Assembly (NCBI RefSeq): GCF_009914755.1
Contig: NC_060931.1
DNA length: 64,000 nt
Origin: the human T2T-CHM13v2.0 reference genome, Homo sapiens
Strand: one strand, 5' to 3'
In this document: positions 12,831 through 26,366 of the stretch, piece by piece
How positions within the stretch are numbered: position 1 is the first letter of the stretch
Layout of the letters: each line of letters starts with the position of its first letter
Notes under the pieces: generated by a model
Databases searched by the model: none
What the model saw: the letters and a program-made list of their open reading frames with translations, nothing else
What the model was told of the DNA's origin: nothing
Position numbers and translations under genes: made by a program

Positions 12831-14574
12831 GGCATTTACTGAAATTAATACAGATCTAAACTGATTAGCCTCATGATGCTAATTTAATCAGCAGAGTTTT
12901 ATCTTAGTTTGGGCTAAAGTCAAAAGGTTAAAATAAATATAACAAACTAAAATTTCTATGAATTTAAAATAAATCTCTTATTTTTTGATTTCACAAGAAA
13001 CAACATTAACAACAGGCAACTTGTTGCTATTATTCTGACCCAATTTCCGGCTGCACCAATATTCACCCAGTCATAATGTACATGAGATGCATATATAATT
13101 GGCACCTCTCTTTTACAGTGTCTTGCTGGCCTTTTTTTTTTTTAGCTTTCTCCTTCTCTATATGATTTCTATGTCATTCCACCATTCACCTCGCTTGTAA
13201 TTTAGTCCTCAAGCTTCCTAAGACAATTACCTATACTTCCAAACTTGCATACTATGTGATTCCCATCTTTTCCATACTTTTATATCACATGATACTTTAA
13301 ATACTTCCATTCCCATTGCCTTATTTCTTGTTTGCTGGAATTTGTATGGGGTCTTAGATTTTACAGTTTACTTTCTTTGCTGAGTTTTACTTATCAAGGT
13401 TTCATAGCTATTGCTATGAACTCTTTCAAATAGCTTATCATTATAAAAAATTCCTACATCATATTTCCAACAGAGTTGTACAGCATAATTTTTCTAATAC
13501 AGTTTACATTTCTGAAAATGTGAGAGAGATGCAGTGCTTTTATTTGTAACAATCATCACTCTGCTGATGGACCACATTCTGTGAGTTTGTACCAGCATAC
13601 TTTTATCTAAATTGAGCTGACACAGCTTCTGAAGTAATTTTTGAAGGACCTTAATTTCTCACAACTCTCTTTTTACATCCTTTGCATTCAATTACTTCCT
13701 AAGTTAAAGCAAGGAGACATCAGAGTGGAATCTGTATTAGTAGGACCAAATCATACTCTTTATAATGCAATGTCTGGGCCTGGCCATTGGGATCTGTTGG
13801 CAGTAGTATAACAGTCAAGCTAATGATTTAGTGTTCCAGTTCACTTCAGTTTAGGGGATTGATAGCTAAGCAGCAGGAAATCATATTTCAGAGCTCTCTG
13901 CATATCTGCAAATTCAGGAGTGGTTCCTGTAAAGCACCTGCCTACATTTTAGTCATATATTCGTTTATTTATATCCTGACTAGTTTTAAAAAGAATTTAA
14001 GACAGCTTGTAGATATAAAATACATCAATAGAGGATGAAACCTAAAAAAAAAAGAAAAAACAGATTGATCATTAAGTCAGGCACATTATGGGTGCACCAC
14101 AAGTTTGGCACTAAGATGTCTAAGCAGGTCAAATGGAAGATAATCGTAGCTCAGTTCAGTGAGCTCAGCTGTTTTTCATCTGAAAACTAGAAAGAAATCT
14201 CTCCCAAAGGTCTTCAAGAAAAAAGATTCTGTATAAGAAATGGACAAGTGCCTTACATGAGACACCAAAAACTTCTAGAGGGCCATTTACTGAGTTTGTA
14301 AATATGTCCTTGATATCAAAATAAAGTATCAACCGATAAAATGCTATTCCAAGAGAAGTTGAAAATTTGGTTGGTATAATTCAGCTATACCACCAAGAAT
14401 ATTACAGTTCAAACAACATATCTGACTCTTCACCAACCCTTTGCCTATGTTTTTCCTGCTGTTTTTGTTAGTTGCAGGTAATTTTTTATTATATAACTAC
14501 CTATAGATATTATATATGAAGGGTGTGTGTTGATATCTACACACCCTTCAAAGCCTAGTCCAAGTATTCCCTTT

Positions 14575-14775
14575 AGGCATGTTACATTGTGTATAAGAGC
14601 ATTGAATATGTAGTCAGAAAGAGCTTGGTTGACTCTTTCATGTGAAAGCTATGTAAGCAAGTTACTTTACCAAGCCTTGGCTTCCATAATTGTAAAATAA
14701 GACTAAAACTCTATATCATAAAATTGTCAATAGCTTTAAATTTGATAATGCAACATAATAAATATTCAATAATGA
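14575..14775 (+). mobile_element. MIR
   Basis: 'gcaagttactttaccaagccttggcttccataattgtaaaataag' MIR core. Confidence 0.5.
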
Positions 14776-14819
14776 TACTTTAACTTTTGTTAGAGCCTTT
14801 TGTTAGAGAAATTCTGCCA

Positions 14820-15167
14820 CCAGCTATGAAGAAGTAAACTACCACGCTTGTTGTAAGAGAGTCACTTGACTAGGACTTGGGGTTGATCTTTAGGAACTGA
14901 GGGCAACCAGTAGCCAGCAAGAAAACTGAAACCTCAGTGCTACAACTACAAAGAATTCTGCCAGCAAACAGGAAGATTAGAAGAGGACCTCAAGTCTCAG
15001 ATAAGATTTTAGTCATGCACAACACCTTATTTTCAGTCTGGTAAGGAGAGAACCCTCCTAATCAGTGCCCAGGTTTCTGACACATGGAAACTATGACATA
15101 ATAAATTTGTTTTAAGCTGCTAAATTTGTAGTAATTTATTGTTATACAGCAGTAGAAAACTAATACA
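14820..15167 (+). mobile_element. MLT1E/F-like LTR, 3' part
   Basis: 'agccagcaagaaaactgaaacctcagt...ttttaagctgctaaatttgtagtaattt...gaaaactaataca'. Confidence 0.7.
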
Positions 15168-15469
15168 GACATATTAGTTAACCTTTATGACCTTAAGTTA
15201 TCTCATTGTATAATAGAGATAATGGCATTCATCATACAGAAGTGTTGTGAGTGTCGATTATAATTATTAATTCATACATATTTGTAAATAGTACATACTA
15301 TAAAATCTGAGATGGCATTGTCACTTTTACAACTCTATGATGCTTAGGAATTTCCTTTGTACTCTGGTAATTTCTTCATGGCTCTTATCTCCCCTACAAT
15401 ATATTGTGAGCTAGTGAAAGGGAGAGCTTCTACCTTGGGTCTCTTTGGAGCCGAATAAAGAATTCTTAT

Positions 15470-15655
15470 AAAATTAGTGATAATGATAGAAATCAGAATA
15501 TCGGTTACCTCTATAGGTGAAGGAAGATACAGACTGGGAAGGGGTACCAAAAAAACTTATAAAGTTTGGAAACATTCTGAGTAATATAAAAATTTTCAAG
15601 CTGTGTACTTAGTATATTTTATAGATTTTCTGTATTTAACTTATACTTTAATTTT
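15470..15655 (+). mobile_element. Old L1M (L1MD/ME-type) 3' end fragment
   Basis: 'gatagaaatcagaatatcggttacctct...gactgggaaggggtacc...aagctgtgtactta'. Confidence 0.55.
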
Positions 15656-18600
15656 TGTAAATGCTGTTCAGGTAACAGATTGATGGTAATCACAGTATTA
15701 TTTTAATGGAAAATACAATTTCTATTATGCTTGATTTGCAATAAACTCAAGCACATTTGACAGAAAATGAAATGGGTATGTACCAAGTTTTCCAGAGTGA
15801 AAGTGACAGTAGCAGTTGCAGTATACTTTCAAAAATAGCAAGATAACTCATTTTAAAATGACATGATAACATGAGACTCCTGGGAGAGGGTTTCAGGACT
15901 TAAGCTTTTCAGGTGACACTTTTCAGGTAAATGGCTTCAGAATAGACCTTTCTAAAACAAAGAAAAATTTTTTTAAAAAGTAAAACCAAAATTATAAAAG
16001 CAATTCATTTGGTCCTATTTCATGACCTACATATTCCTATATTTAAAGCATTCAAATTTTACCAGCATTTAAAAAAAATGAAACCACATATTTAAATGGT
16101 CTTCATGAATTGTTTAATTCTGATAAGAAAAATGAAAGACATGATATTCTTGGAACATCAGAGCAAATGGTAAAAATAGCAAACGGGCATGTGCTTACAA
16201 GACTCTCTCTTGAAACCACATTGAACTCTCATTGGCAGTGTCAGCAGGTTAATTAAGAAATCTCTTAGGCATGGCACATGTTCAATACAGATTGACATTA
16301 CCTGGGACATGGCAAATGCTTGTTCATCAATACTCACCCAACTGATTGACCTGAGTTAAAATTAGAAAAGTGCCACTTACTTCAAGGATTAAATGCCTGC
16401 AAAATCATCGCATGGAAGAATGAGAGACAACCATTTGAGGAATACAGGAAGATAAATAGCATTCAGTGTCAGACTGTTGAAATGGTCTGTTCACTTCAGT
16501 AAGTCTAAAGGATGTTTTAGAAAGCAGCAGAGTAGACATTTTCATGACTTCAGTCTCAGGAAATAAGGAAAGCCCTTCTTTTATCTCTAACTTTCAGACT
16601 TATTCTCAGAGCTTCAAGGGATTTAAGACATCACCAAATCCAAACTCCTCTATTTGTAGGGGGAAAAAAAAAACAGCACAGAGATATTAAACTGCAGGAA
16701 GAAGAGAGGATTAATAAGAGACTTGTATTATAGTGTATTATATTAAAATGAAAATAATGGTTGTATTAAGGAAAATATACCAGCATGTTAATTAATTTTC
16801 AGAATTATAAAATAATACTGTTTTATGGAAAATCTTATTAAAATTTTTGAAAAACTATTTTCAGTTCCCCTTTGAGGTAATAAAATATGTCTGGTCACTG
16901 ATAAATCTCTGATTGAATAAAATACAGAAGACAAAGAGTAAATGCATTGTCACTGTATAATTTGTGACCAAAAGAGAGACAGCAGCAAAAAACGTAAGTA
17001 GAGTCTGAGCAGGTTTATCCATACATTTAACTGCTCTTGTCCTATTCTCTGGCTCCCTGAAAACAGACATTACTTCTTGTGCCAATAAGAAAGTCACTGT
17101 ACATAAATGAAGTTAGTGATAGCAGCAGACTGAGAACCTGCAATTAAGAAGTCACCTTTGGAAAGGCCTGGAGAGAAATTTAAGTGTTCATGCTGCAAAG
17201 TACTAGATCATGAAAGGAAAAAAATCAGATATAATATAAAAGGCATTAAACTGATCCTAAGTGATTGGTCACTCGTTACTGCTGCATATATCTATTGTTT
17301 CTTCCTCTAGGTTGGACATAGTCAATGTCAACATCTTGATTGTTCACAAATCTACGAGGCCTGCATAAATCCACCTGTTGGCATGGTTACCAGAAGGTGA
17401 TTTAATCTGCGTGCCACTGATTTTAATAAGCAAGTTAACTAAATAGATTGGCTGAAAATTGGAACAATTTAGCCACTTACTACTTAGATTGCTCTCTCTA
17501 CTGCTTGGATAGGCCAAGGAGTGTCAAGTTTTCCCAGAGGGTAGTTGGCACAGAAGCAGATGTCACCATAAGTGACTTTCCTGACACCATGGCACAAGCT
17601 AGTAGAAAAGCTAGGATCCAAGCAAGGTCTTGGGATCCCTTACCCAGGGCTCTTTCTACCCTGTCAGTTATTTACTCACTCTGTCAAATTCACTGCCACA
17701 GTGTATAATTTCAGAATATACGTATCTAACAGTATAAATATATGCCAGAGGCAGATCAAGTATAACCATTTGTTTTTTCCAGAGCCCAGCTCCCGCTCTA
17801 TTTCATAACAGCTCGGTCTAAGCAACATTGTCTTTTATTTTCCATCACACCACCAATTCCCAGTTAGAGACTAATTTACATGAGGATGCAATTCCCTTAT
17901 TTTCAATATTACCCCAAATCTCAGAATCCTGAAGAAAAGTCTCTAGTTGCTACCATCCAGTCTGATACAAGCATCTGCATTCGATGTCCCAAACCTTATT
18001 GCCCTTGACTTGTCTGCAATTTGCCTGCCCTGTGTCATGTTACCACCCGAGACATGCTCCTTGATAAACAGTAGCTAATAAATAATCTCAAGCAATTGTG
18101 TTCTCATGATTTTGCCTTACTGAGAGCCAGAAAAACCAAGGCAGTCTAGCTCAAGCTTTTTATTATATAAATAAGGAAATTTTAGCCCAAGAATTTTACT
18201 CTTCATCTAACATCCTGAAAACAGTAGAATTAAGAACTACAACTTAAGATTCTGGACACCTAACAGAATGGGTATTTTTTCTACCTCAAATCATGTCAAT
18301 TAAGCTGTCATTATGAAGAACTGGCCTAAAACACACAAATCATTCTGACATGATGTCAGCTAATATGATTCTTTGAATCTTCAAGTGGAAATAAAATTAA
18401 TCCACAGGAGTATAGCACATTAATGTGTAAATTATGCACTGTTGTGAAGTGTGTAATGTAATAAAGAACTAAAACAATGTTTTACTTTCTAAGCACTGCA
18501 CATATTTCAAAAAAAGAATATTTGATTTCACACAAAATTGAAAACCATTTCAATTTGCCACAAAATTGAACTATAATGTCGAGAGTGTACTTGGGAAAAC

Positions 18601-19394
18601 TAGAATGTTCACATAATAAGTTAAATCTGGGTTATTTCTTTGCAAACCCTTTTTCAGAAAAATTATTTTCTAGCTAAAGAGGAAATAATTGTTTTGACAA
18701 GTTCCACCAGATTCATTGACAGATAAAATTTCTTTGGTCTTTGTTTTGGTCTTTGATAAACATTTAATAATTATTGGGAAAGTGTTTAATTTCTTCATTA
18801 AAAGTGGTTATCTAAGAAATTAGTAGACAGTGAAATAACAAGATAAAACTGTGTTATAAAAATAGTGAAGAAAATTTCTGGATGAATGTAAAAGTTATTG
18901 ACTTAATACAACATTATGGCAAACTCATCATCTTTTTTTTCTTAATCTGATAAGCTACTGCTATTCTTATTTGTCACTTGTAATGTTATTAACTTTGTCC
19001 CAGTCATTCACTAAAAAATTTAGTCTTATTCAAGTTTTCTGTTTGCTGACCATCTCCTATCCAAAGAGCAACCAGTTCCTATTGCGTCTACATTTTCAAT
19101 GTTTTATAAATGCACATTGTACTTTCCCTTCCCTTTATCACAGTCTCAGTGCAAGTATAACTTGTATTTGCTTCCCTCTAGACTAAGTCAGTAGGAATCA
19201 TCCGGTACCTGGCTGGAAGAGTGATGTTCTGTGAACGAAGTCTAGTCTTTGTCATTGTTCTTTCCTTAAAAAATATTTATCACTCCCCCGTGATACTAGG
19301 GTATGGCTCAAGTTCCTTACTATTGCATTTAAGAGTTTCTATGATCTGAGCTAAAGCTTTCTTTCTGTCCTTGATGGTATCTCATTGAGGTCTC

Positions 19395-19598
19395 CATGCT
19401 CTAAAGTAATGATATCTAATGATGGAAATGTTTGTATCTACTCTAGCCAATATGGCGGCTACTAGCTCCGTATGTCTCCTGAGCACTCAGTAGACATACT
19501 GAGCATATGTGGCTGATGTAACTGAGGAACTGAAATCTGGATTTAATATAAATTGTATAGAAATATGTAGCTAGTGGCTACTATATTGGATAGTTCAG
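19395..19598 (+). mobile_element. MER3 (hAT-Charlie) relic
   Basis: 'aatgatggaaatgtt...ccaatatggcggctactagc...actgaggaactga...atgtagctagtggctactatattggatag'. Confidence 0.75.
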
Positions 19599-19606
19599 CT
19601 CTGAAG

Positions 19607-19786
19607 TAGTGGTTCTCAAACGTTAGAGTGCATTAGAATGACATAAAGGGCTTGTGAAAACACGGATTGCTAGACTCCATTCCAGATTCTTTGAGCTTAA
19701 CAGATAAAACCCATGAATTTGAATTTCTAAAAAAGTTCTCAAATTGCGCTGCTGGTTGGTCTGGAATGCAAATTGAAGAATCACTT
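19607..19786. mobile_element. MER5A (hAT-Charlie) MITE
   Basis: Terminal inverted repeats agtggttctcaa ... gaagaatcact; ~180 bp. Confidence 0.75.
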
Positions 19787-21342
19787 TCCTAGACAAGTTT
19801 AAATCCTTGTTGTCTCTTGAACAAATCCAATACATGGATTTATATCTGCATAGGTTTCTGTCTGTAAAGCTACATTATTCCTTGCTTTAAATTTACTTAC
19901 ATGCCTGCTTCATAAAATAATAAATTACTTGAAAACAAAGATTATGTCCTTGTCATATTTGCAAGACCTAAAATGTCTTATACAGTCATATTAACATAAA
20001 CATAGAAAGGGGATTTTTTGATTGAAATATAAACCAGTTGGTTTTCAAAATACTAAACAGTAAAACTGATTTTTTTCATTCTAAATTTAAATTGTAATTA
20101 AGTAAAGAAATCAGTTATAAAACCATATAAAACACTCTAAAGTTAACTTTAAAATTTGGATTACATAAATTTGAGGAGACATTTATTTCCATTAAGACAC
20201 CTATATAATAATACTTCAATTGCATAAGTAATTATACTTCTGAAGTAAAAATGTCAAATATCACAGAGATATTAGAAAAAGGAGTTAATTTCAAAAAGTA
20301 TGAAAAGCTGTTAAAAAATAAGGCAAATCTACCTCTCTCAATGGATATTTCAAACATATGAGAAATACTTTTTAGCAATTTTCAACTTTGTCTACATAAC
20401 TCAGTTCTTTAAAAAAGTAAAACTAGCTCACATTTTCTGTTGAAATGAGACTCAATACCAAAGAGAGCGAGGTATCATTAAAATGAAGCTCAAGGTGATA
20501 CAAACATCAGGAGAAGAAATGTTTCCAAGATCTCGCAGCAGTGTGCCTAGTTAAGACCAGACAATTAGTTCCCTGCTGTGATAAGCCACCTTCAAACCTG
20601 CAATTCGAAAGAAGCCACCTATAGAGAAGTAACTTCTACTTCTTTTTAAATTATAGTAAGTCACCAAATTATTTTTCTTCAAGCCATCAAAGAAGTTTGC
20701 TCAGAACATTTTTCAAACAAATTCACTCTACAGTATTAGAAACTCAAAAATGAGTGACTGTTTCATTAACCGAATCACAGTTTTCCCATTTTCACACTAA
20801 TAGAGGCCATTACATAGACACTAAGGAATGTGGTTAATGAATAAACACTCAAAATCATAGCACAGGGAAGAGCCTTGATGGCATCATCTGGCCTAAACTG
20901 AACATTATCTGTTGCTAGGTAACCAAAGATAATAAAAAGGTGTCTGAAGCAGGCCAGCAAATGAAAACCAGCCTCAGCCAATCTTTAATGTCAGTCCTGC
21001 TGCCACCAGTACCATTAAGTTTGTAGGAGGTCCAAAATCAAAATGCAGCAGCAAACTTGAAGAGGCGAAGTTTCTCTTACCCCATGATCTAATGTCCACC
21101 TTTCTATACCAATAAAAGGTGAGGCTGACAATAAATTCTCTAAGAAAAAAAAAATCCATGCTCCTTGAACTCTGAGAAAGTAATTTCTAATATTTTATGA
21201 CAGCCATTCTAATGTTCATTCAGCAAATATCTAAAAGCTTTAAATAAATTCGGTAAGTGTTCTAGGCAGATGGCTTGTTTTGATTGATAGTATTTTTGTT
21301 TTGTTTTGCTTTCTGTTGTTTTTGTTACTTTGATTTTTGTTA

Positions 21343-21681
<339 letters not shown>

Positions 21682-23639
21682 TCAACAACCTAAACGGGTT
21701 GCTAATTTTAATGTTGAAGTTTCTGGGATCTTAAATATGTGTGACATGGAAGCCTTATGAGCCATTTCTTCCACTTGTTCACTCCTTTAATCAATTGGTA
21801 CTTCATTAGAGGCTATATAGGAATTCAAATGGTAGAAAATGTTAAGTACCTTGCTTTACTATCTCAGAGCTATTTCCAGTCCTCCATGGCTCCCTGGGTA
21901 AAAACCAGGAGTTCTGTTAATTCTAGTTTTTACTTCCTTTCTACTTATATTCTACTGCCTGTAGCGTCCATAGCATAAGCCTCTTGCAGAATTGCTAATA
22001 GAAAGACCCACACATACTTCCGATTGCCAGTTCAATTTGCTCAGGCAGAGTCTTCTCATCACCAAGAAACATCAGGTTTTATAGTGGGCAGCATTGGTGG
22101 GAGGCAATTCAGTATTTCAGGAATAGGGATGTATAACATTTTTCATGCTCATCAAAGAAGTAATAAGTTAAAAATTCAGAAACAGTTCTATCAATATTAA
22201 ACATTTGTGTGTCTACCTTAGCTGGTTTGGCAATTACTTTTCTTTCTGTTTGCAATCTCCTTCCCTATCTTCTCATGATTAATGTCTGTATGTCTTTTAA
22301 GACCAAACTTAGGTAACGTTTTCTGCAAAAGCCTACCTATGAACATTAGACTGGATTTATGTGACCAGTCTCTCACTTAGATTGTAAAGTCCTTCAATAG
22401 AGATTGCTCATTATTCCTCTTGGGATCATAGGTATCTAGGAATATTCTCATCACATAAGAGATGTTCAAATAATGTCAGATGAACTGCAATGAACTGGAC
22501 TTTCAATCTAAGTAGGTGATCCTACCTCTTATCTTACTGAGAAGCATGAAAAAGAAAAATGTCCCCCCTGCTTCAATGATACATATCTGTTGCATCACAC
22601 TCTTTTGCAAAGCCTTGTTCTATAGCCTATACTTATTCTATCCTTTTCTTCTCTCCGAGAGAAACAAGTCTGTCCTCTTTTCCAAAAATAATACCTATGC
22701 TCCTTGGGAACTCGTTCTATAAATGAATTGCATAGCTTTTTTCTAAAAAAGCCTCACTCTTCTCCTGACCCATTTCATTGGCCTACAAACACATTCAGTT
22801 TACTTAGCCTAAAATCTTCTTGAGAGACCTTATTATGCCCTTAAATTATAATTCTCTTTTTTCATTTCACTCACACATTTTTCCAAATAAATCTCCTGAT
22901 CAGTAAACAATCAAAATTATTTGTCAGTAAATGAGGATAGAAAGACGGGACATACAGAGAAGCTGATTTGTAACTATAAAAGAATAGGTGTGCTGGTAGA
23001 AGGCAATAAAATATTCTATTTATATAAAGACTAGCATGGCACTAAAGCTCCACTTTCTCATCAAACCATCACTCATTGAATATTTGATTTGTTGCAACTC
23101 AGTAGGCACTAACTCTATATGAGAATTTACCAAAAATACCCAAATTCTGACTTTTTGTGGGAATCTTAATTTCATGTTAGAAATCTTAATTTTGAAGACA
23201 TATGGTATATGTAAACTTCCTCTGAAAATACTTTTCTGCTATGTTAAAAAGTTTTGATAATTTTAATTTGTTGTTGTTATTGTTTGGTTTGGTTTGATTT
23301 GCTTTAGTTTGGTTTGTTGTGTGGAGTTCACTTTATGTTAAAATAGGCATGATTTAATTGAAGGGTTAGTGAAGATGGATGGTGAATGGTAGGGATGGAG
23401 AAGGGGAAGAAGATTCAAACTTTCTCTATACAAACAATATTGAGACATATCTGTCACTAGGAAATGCTTATTGCTACAGGAGCAGTTACCAAACAAATAA
23501 ATTCTTGTGTCATCAAGCAATTAAATTCAAGTTGAAAGAAATTACATTTATATTTGACATTTTAACTCTCTCTTTGTGAACTGAGAGATTACTTAAATTA
23601 CCTCCTAAGACCTCACTGTGTTAGATTATTCAATCCAAA

Positions 23640-23970
23640 CTTATGTATGGCAACCTGTGTCCTCACCTTTGGTTAACATCTTACCACACGGACTAATAGT
23701 CTTGGTCATGTGACTTGCTTTGGCTAATAGAATATAACAAACAAATATAATGCAGAGATATTTTAAAATGCTCTACCTTGGTTGTTGTGTTCTTGCTGTT
23801 CTTGGAATGAATTTCCATGTGAACAAGACTTGGCTAGCCTAAAGGAGTGAGCAGTTGAGTTAAAGCTTTAGATCAATCAGCTCCCACATGATTATAAATA
23901 TATGAAGGCACCCAGGCAAAACCAGAACTCTTCAGCTAAGTGCAGCCCAAATCACTAGCCAATAACTGAG
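23640..23970 (+). mobile_element. MLT1G/H-like LTR fragment
   Basis: 'ggtcatgtgacttgctttggctaatagaat' MaLR motif. Confidence 0.55.
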
Positions 23971-25238
23971 TACTTTCGTCTGAAATTTTTATCTTATAAT
24001 AATTGTCACTTTGGGGTAATCACAGCATTCTGTCTGAGACAAATTAATTGTGCTAATGCACTGGTAGTAAACACAATGTTTAGTAGTAATATATTAGCTG
24101 TGCATACTTAAAGCAATGAAGGATTAAATTTCATAAAGTGCAAGTACTTATAATATATTGATTTATCCTGGAAGTTCTTCAATAACATTGAATTTATAAA
24201 TAAGACAAATTCTAGAATACAAATATGATCCTCTATAGTAACCATTCTTTATTTTTAAGTGTGGATATCATATATTCCATTACCTCTACCCTGTTGCATA
24301 AATATTTAATATATAAAAATACAGCATTATTTAATTTGCCATATTTTTCTCATTGTCAGCTTTTAAATGCATACTGTTTAAATGCCTAATATTCTTGACT
24401 ATTTGAGGCTGCATGCAATATTTGTAGTAAGTAAATGCAAACTAATGGTTGACAAAAATCACAATTTCTTAATCCAGATAATCTTTGGATATGCATAAAA
24501 CAATGAAAACCTAGAATTATTTATGGGCTATAAAGTACTGTAAGCTACAACATACTGTAAAGATTCTTACAGTACTTTATAAATCCCATCTGCCTTAAAG
24601 AACATCTATTTAATATTCAGGTTTCTTCATCTGGTAGTTTACTGTATATATTACATATTTATTCATTTATAAAATATAATATTTATCTAAAATAGAGTTC
24701 ATGTCTAAAGATTTTAGTTTACACAATGACTACAAAGCTGCATGAACTAGGACATGTATTTGCCCTAAATTTAAAGTTCTACATACTGTCAAGCTCTACC
24801 TGGCTAAGTCATTATTGTTCTTCTGCCAAAAACAAAGGTGAGATATGCCAACATAAATGCGAAGATACTGCAACATATTCAGTTAGTATCATCTCTTGAA
24901 CAGCAAATAATTTTTGCAAAAAAAAAAAAAAACCCAGAAACTTTTACGAAGCTGGCATAAGGGTTGTTAAAATACTATTTATATATACAGAAGGCAGATT
25001 TCATCAGATCTTCAAGTTATTAAAACATCTTCATGCAGAATAATTTGATCTTGTTTGTTTTTATTATGTTTGTGTTAATGTGTTTTATGTTTTCTCTGCT
25101 CTTCAGACGGTTGTGTGAGATGAAGTTGTGACAACTGGATAGGCATGGAGCTGAGTGCCAAAAGACAAAATAAAACAAATAGAGCCAAGACAAGAAGCGC
25201 AGATGAATTCCAGGAGTTGGAATATGGCCAAGAATCAA

Positions 25239-25331
25239 AATGTATGTTAGTATTAGGGTTTATATAATCAGCAATTAGGGTTTATATAATCAGCAATGTA
25301 TGTTAGTATTAGGGTTTATATAATCAGCAAT
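25239..25331. repeat. Short tandem triplication (core attagggtttatataatcagcaat x3; longer unit aatgtatgttagt+core x2)
   Basis: Exact copies read directly. Confidence 0.9.
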
Positions 25332-25419
25332 ATCATGGGAAACAATGAGCCACAGTCAAATAACATCCTAGAATCAATTACAAAGAAAAAAAAGAACTTT
25401 GAGGGTTTTTGAAATTTTT

Positions 25420-25640
25420 GCTGAGTGACTAATAGGTTCTGAATAGTATGTTCATACTTAGCCTAGATTATGTCATTTAATCCTTACCACACTCTTGTGA
25501 GGTAGGTATTGTTGTTTTCACTTTATCAATGAGGAAAGAGGCACAGATAAATTATGTGACTTGCCTAAAGATCACTAACTTTAAATGGTTGAAACATGAT
25601 AAAATCCCGGTCATGTAAGAGTTGAAAGCCTGTCCTTTAA
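25420..25640 (-). mobile_element. MIR
   Basis: 'tcatttaatccttacc...gtgaggtaggtatt...atgaggaaagaggcacaga...gtgacttgcctaaagatcac'. Confidence 0.7.
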
Positions 25641-25727
25641 ATTTGGTGTTGTGGTGAGACAAGAGGAGCCTAATTGCTGAGCTAAACTTTTGCCTCTGCC
25701 CCAGAATTATTTTATTAGCATTCCCGA

Positions 25728-26128
25728 TATGTTAATGTGTTTTTGCATTTTTATAAAGGAATACCTGAGACTGGGTAATTTGTAAAGAAAGATATTTTAT
25801 TGGCTCATGATTCCGCAGGTACAAGCATGGCATTGGCATTTGCTCAGCTTCTGGTGAGGCCTCAGGGAGCTTATACTCATGGCAAAAAGTGAAGCAGGAG
25901 CAGGCATATCATATGGCAAAACAAAAAGCAAGAGAGCAAGAAAGAGAGGAGGGAGGTTCTAAACTCTTTAACAATAAGAACTTGCTGCAACTCCCATGGG
26001 GAAGGCACCAAACCATTCATGAGAAATCCGTCCCCATGACCCAAACATCTCCCGTTAGGCCCACCTCAAATATTGAGTGTCACATTTCACAATGAGATTT
26101 GAAGGGGACAAACATCCAAACCATATCA
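25728..26128 (-). mobile_element. MSTB-like solo LTR (ERVL-MaLR)
   Basis: 'aggaatacctgagactgggtaattt...gaggcctcagggagctt...ggggacaaacatccaaaccatatca'. Confidence 0.85.
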
Positions 26129-26268
26129 CCCAGTCTCACTAGCACTTTATTAATGACTCAGTCTTTAAAATGGCCACTGCCACTATCCCTGGCACTGGTT
26201 TGTAAATTAAAAATAGAGTGGTGGCTTCTCTGTCTAATGTAACTCTCTAGTAAGCTTGAATTATTTTA

Positions 26269-26315
<47 letters not shown>

Positions 26316-26366
26316 ATCTATCTATCCATCCATCTATCTATCTATCCATCTATCATCCATCTATCT
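26269..26366. repeat. Compound (TCTA)n/(TCCA)n tetranucleotide STR
   Basis: ~11 pure ATCT units followed by interrupted units. Confidence 0.95.

Larger units (their letters stand above)
18950..19990 (+). mobile_element. L2 remnant hosting MER3 and MER5A
   Basis: L2-like motifs 'aagtctagtctttgtcattgttctttccttaaaaa', 'ctcaagttccttactattgcatttaagagtttctatgatctg'; boundaries approximate. Confidence 0.45.

Noticed and set aside
13950-14300. Possible very old LINE (L4/RTE-X-like) 3' end
   Set aside because: Only one short motif resembles it; too weak to call.
25253-25315. TTAGGG motifs suggesting an interstitial telomere
   Set aside because: Single hexamers inside a duplicated unit, not tandem telomeric repeats.
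25239-25331. CRISPR-like repeat-spacer pattern (also considered for 60043-60227)
   Set aside because: Primate DNA, only 2-3 repeats, no unique regular spacers and no cas genes.
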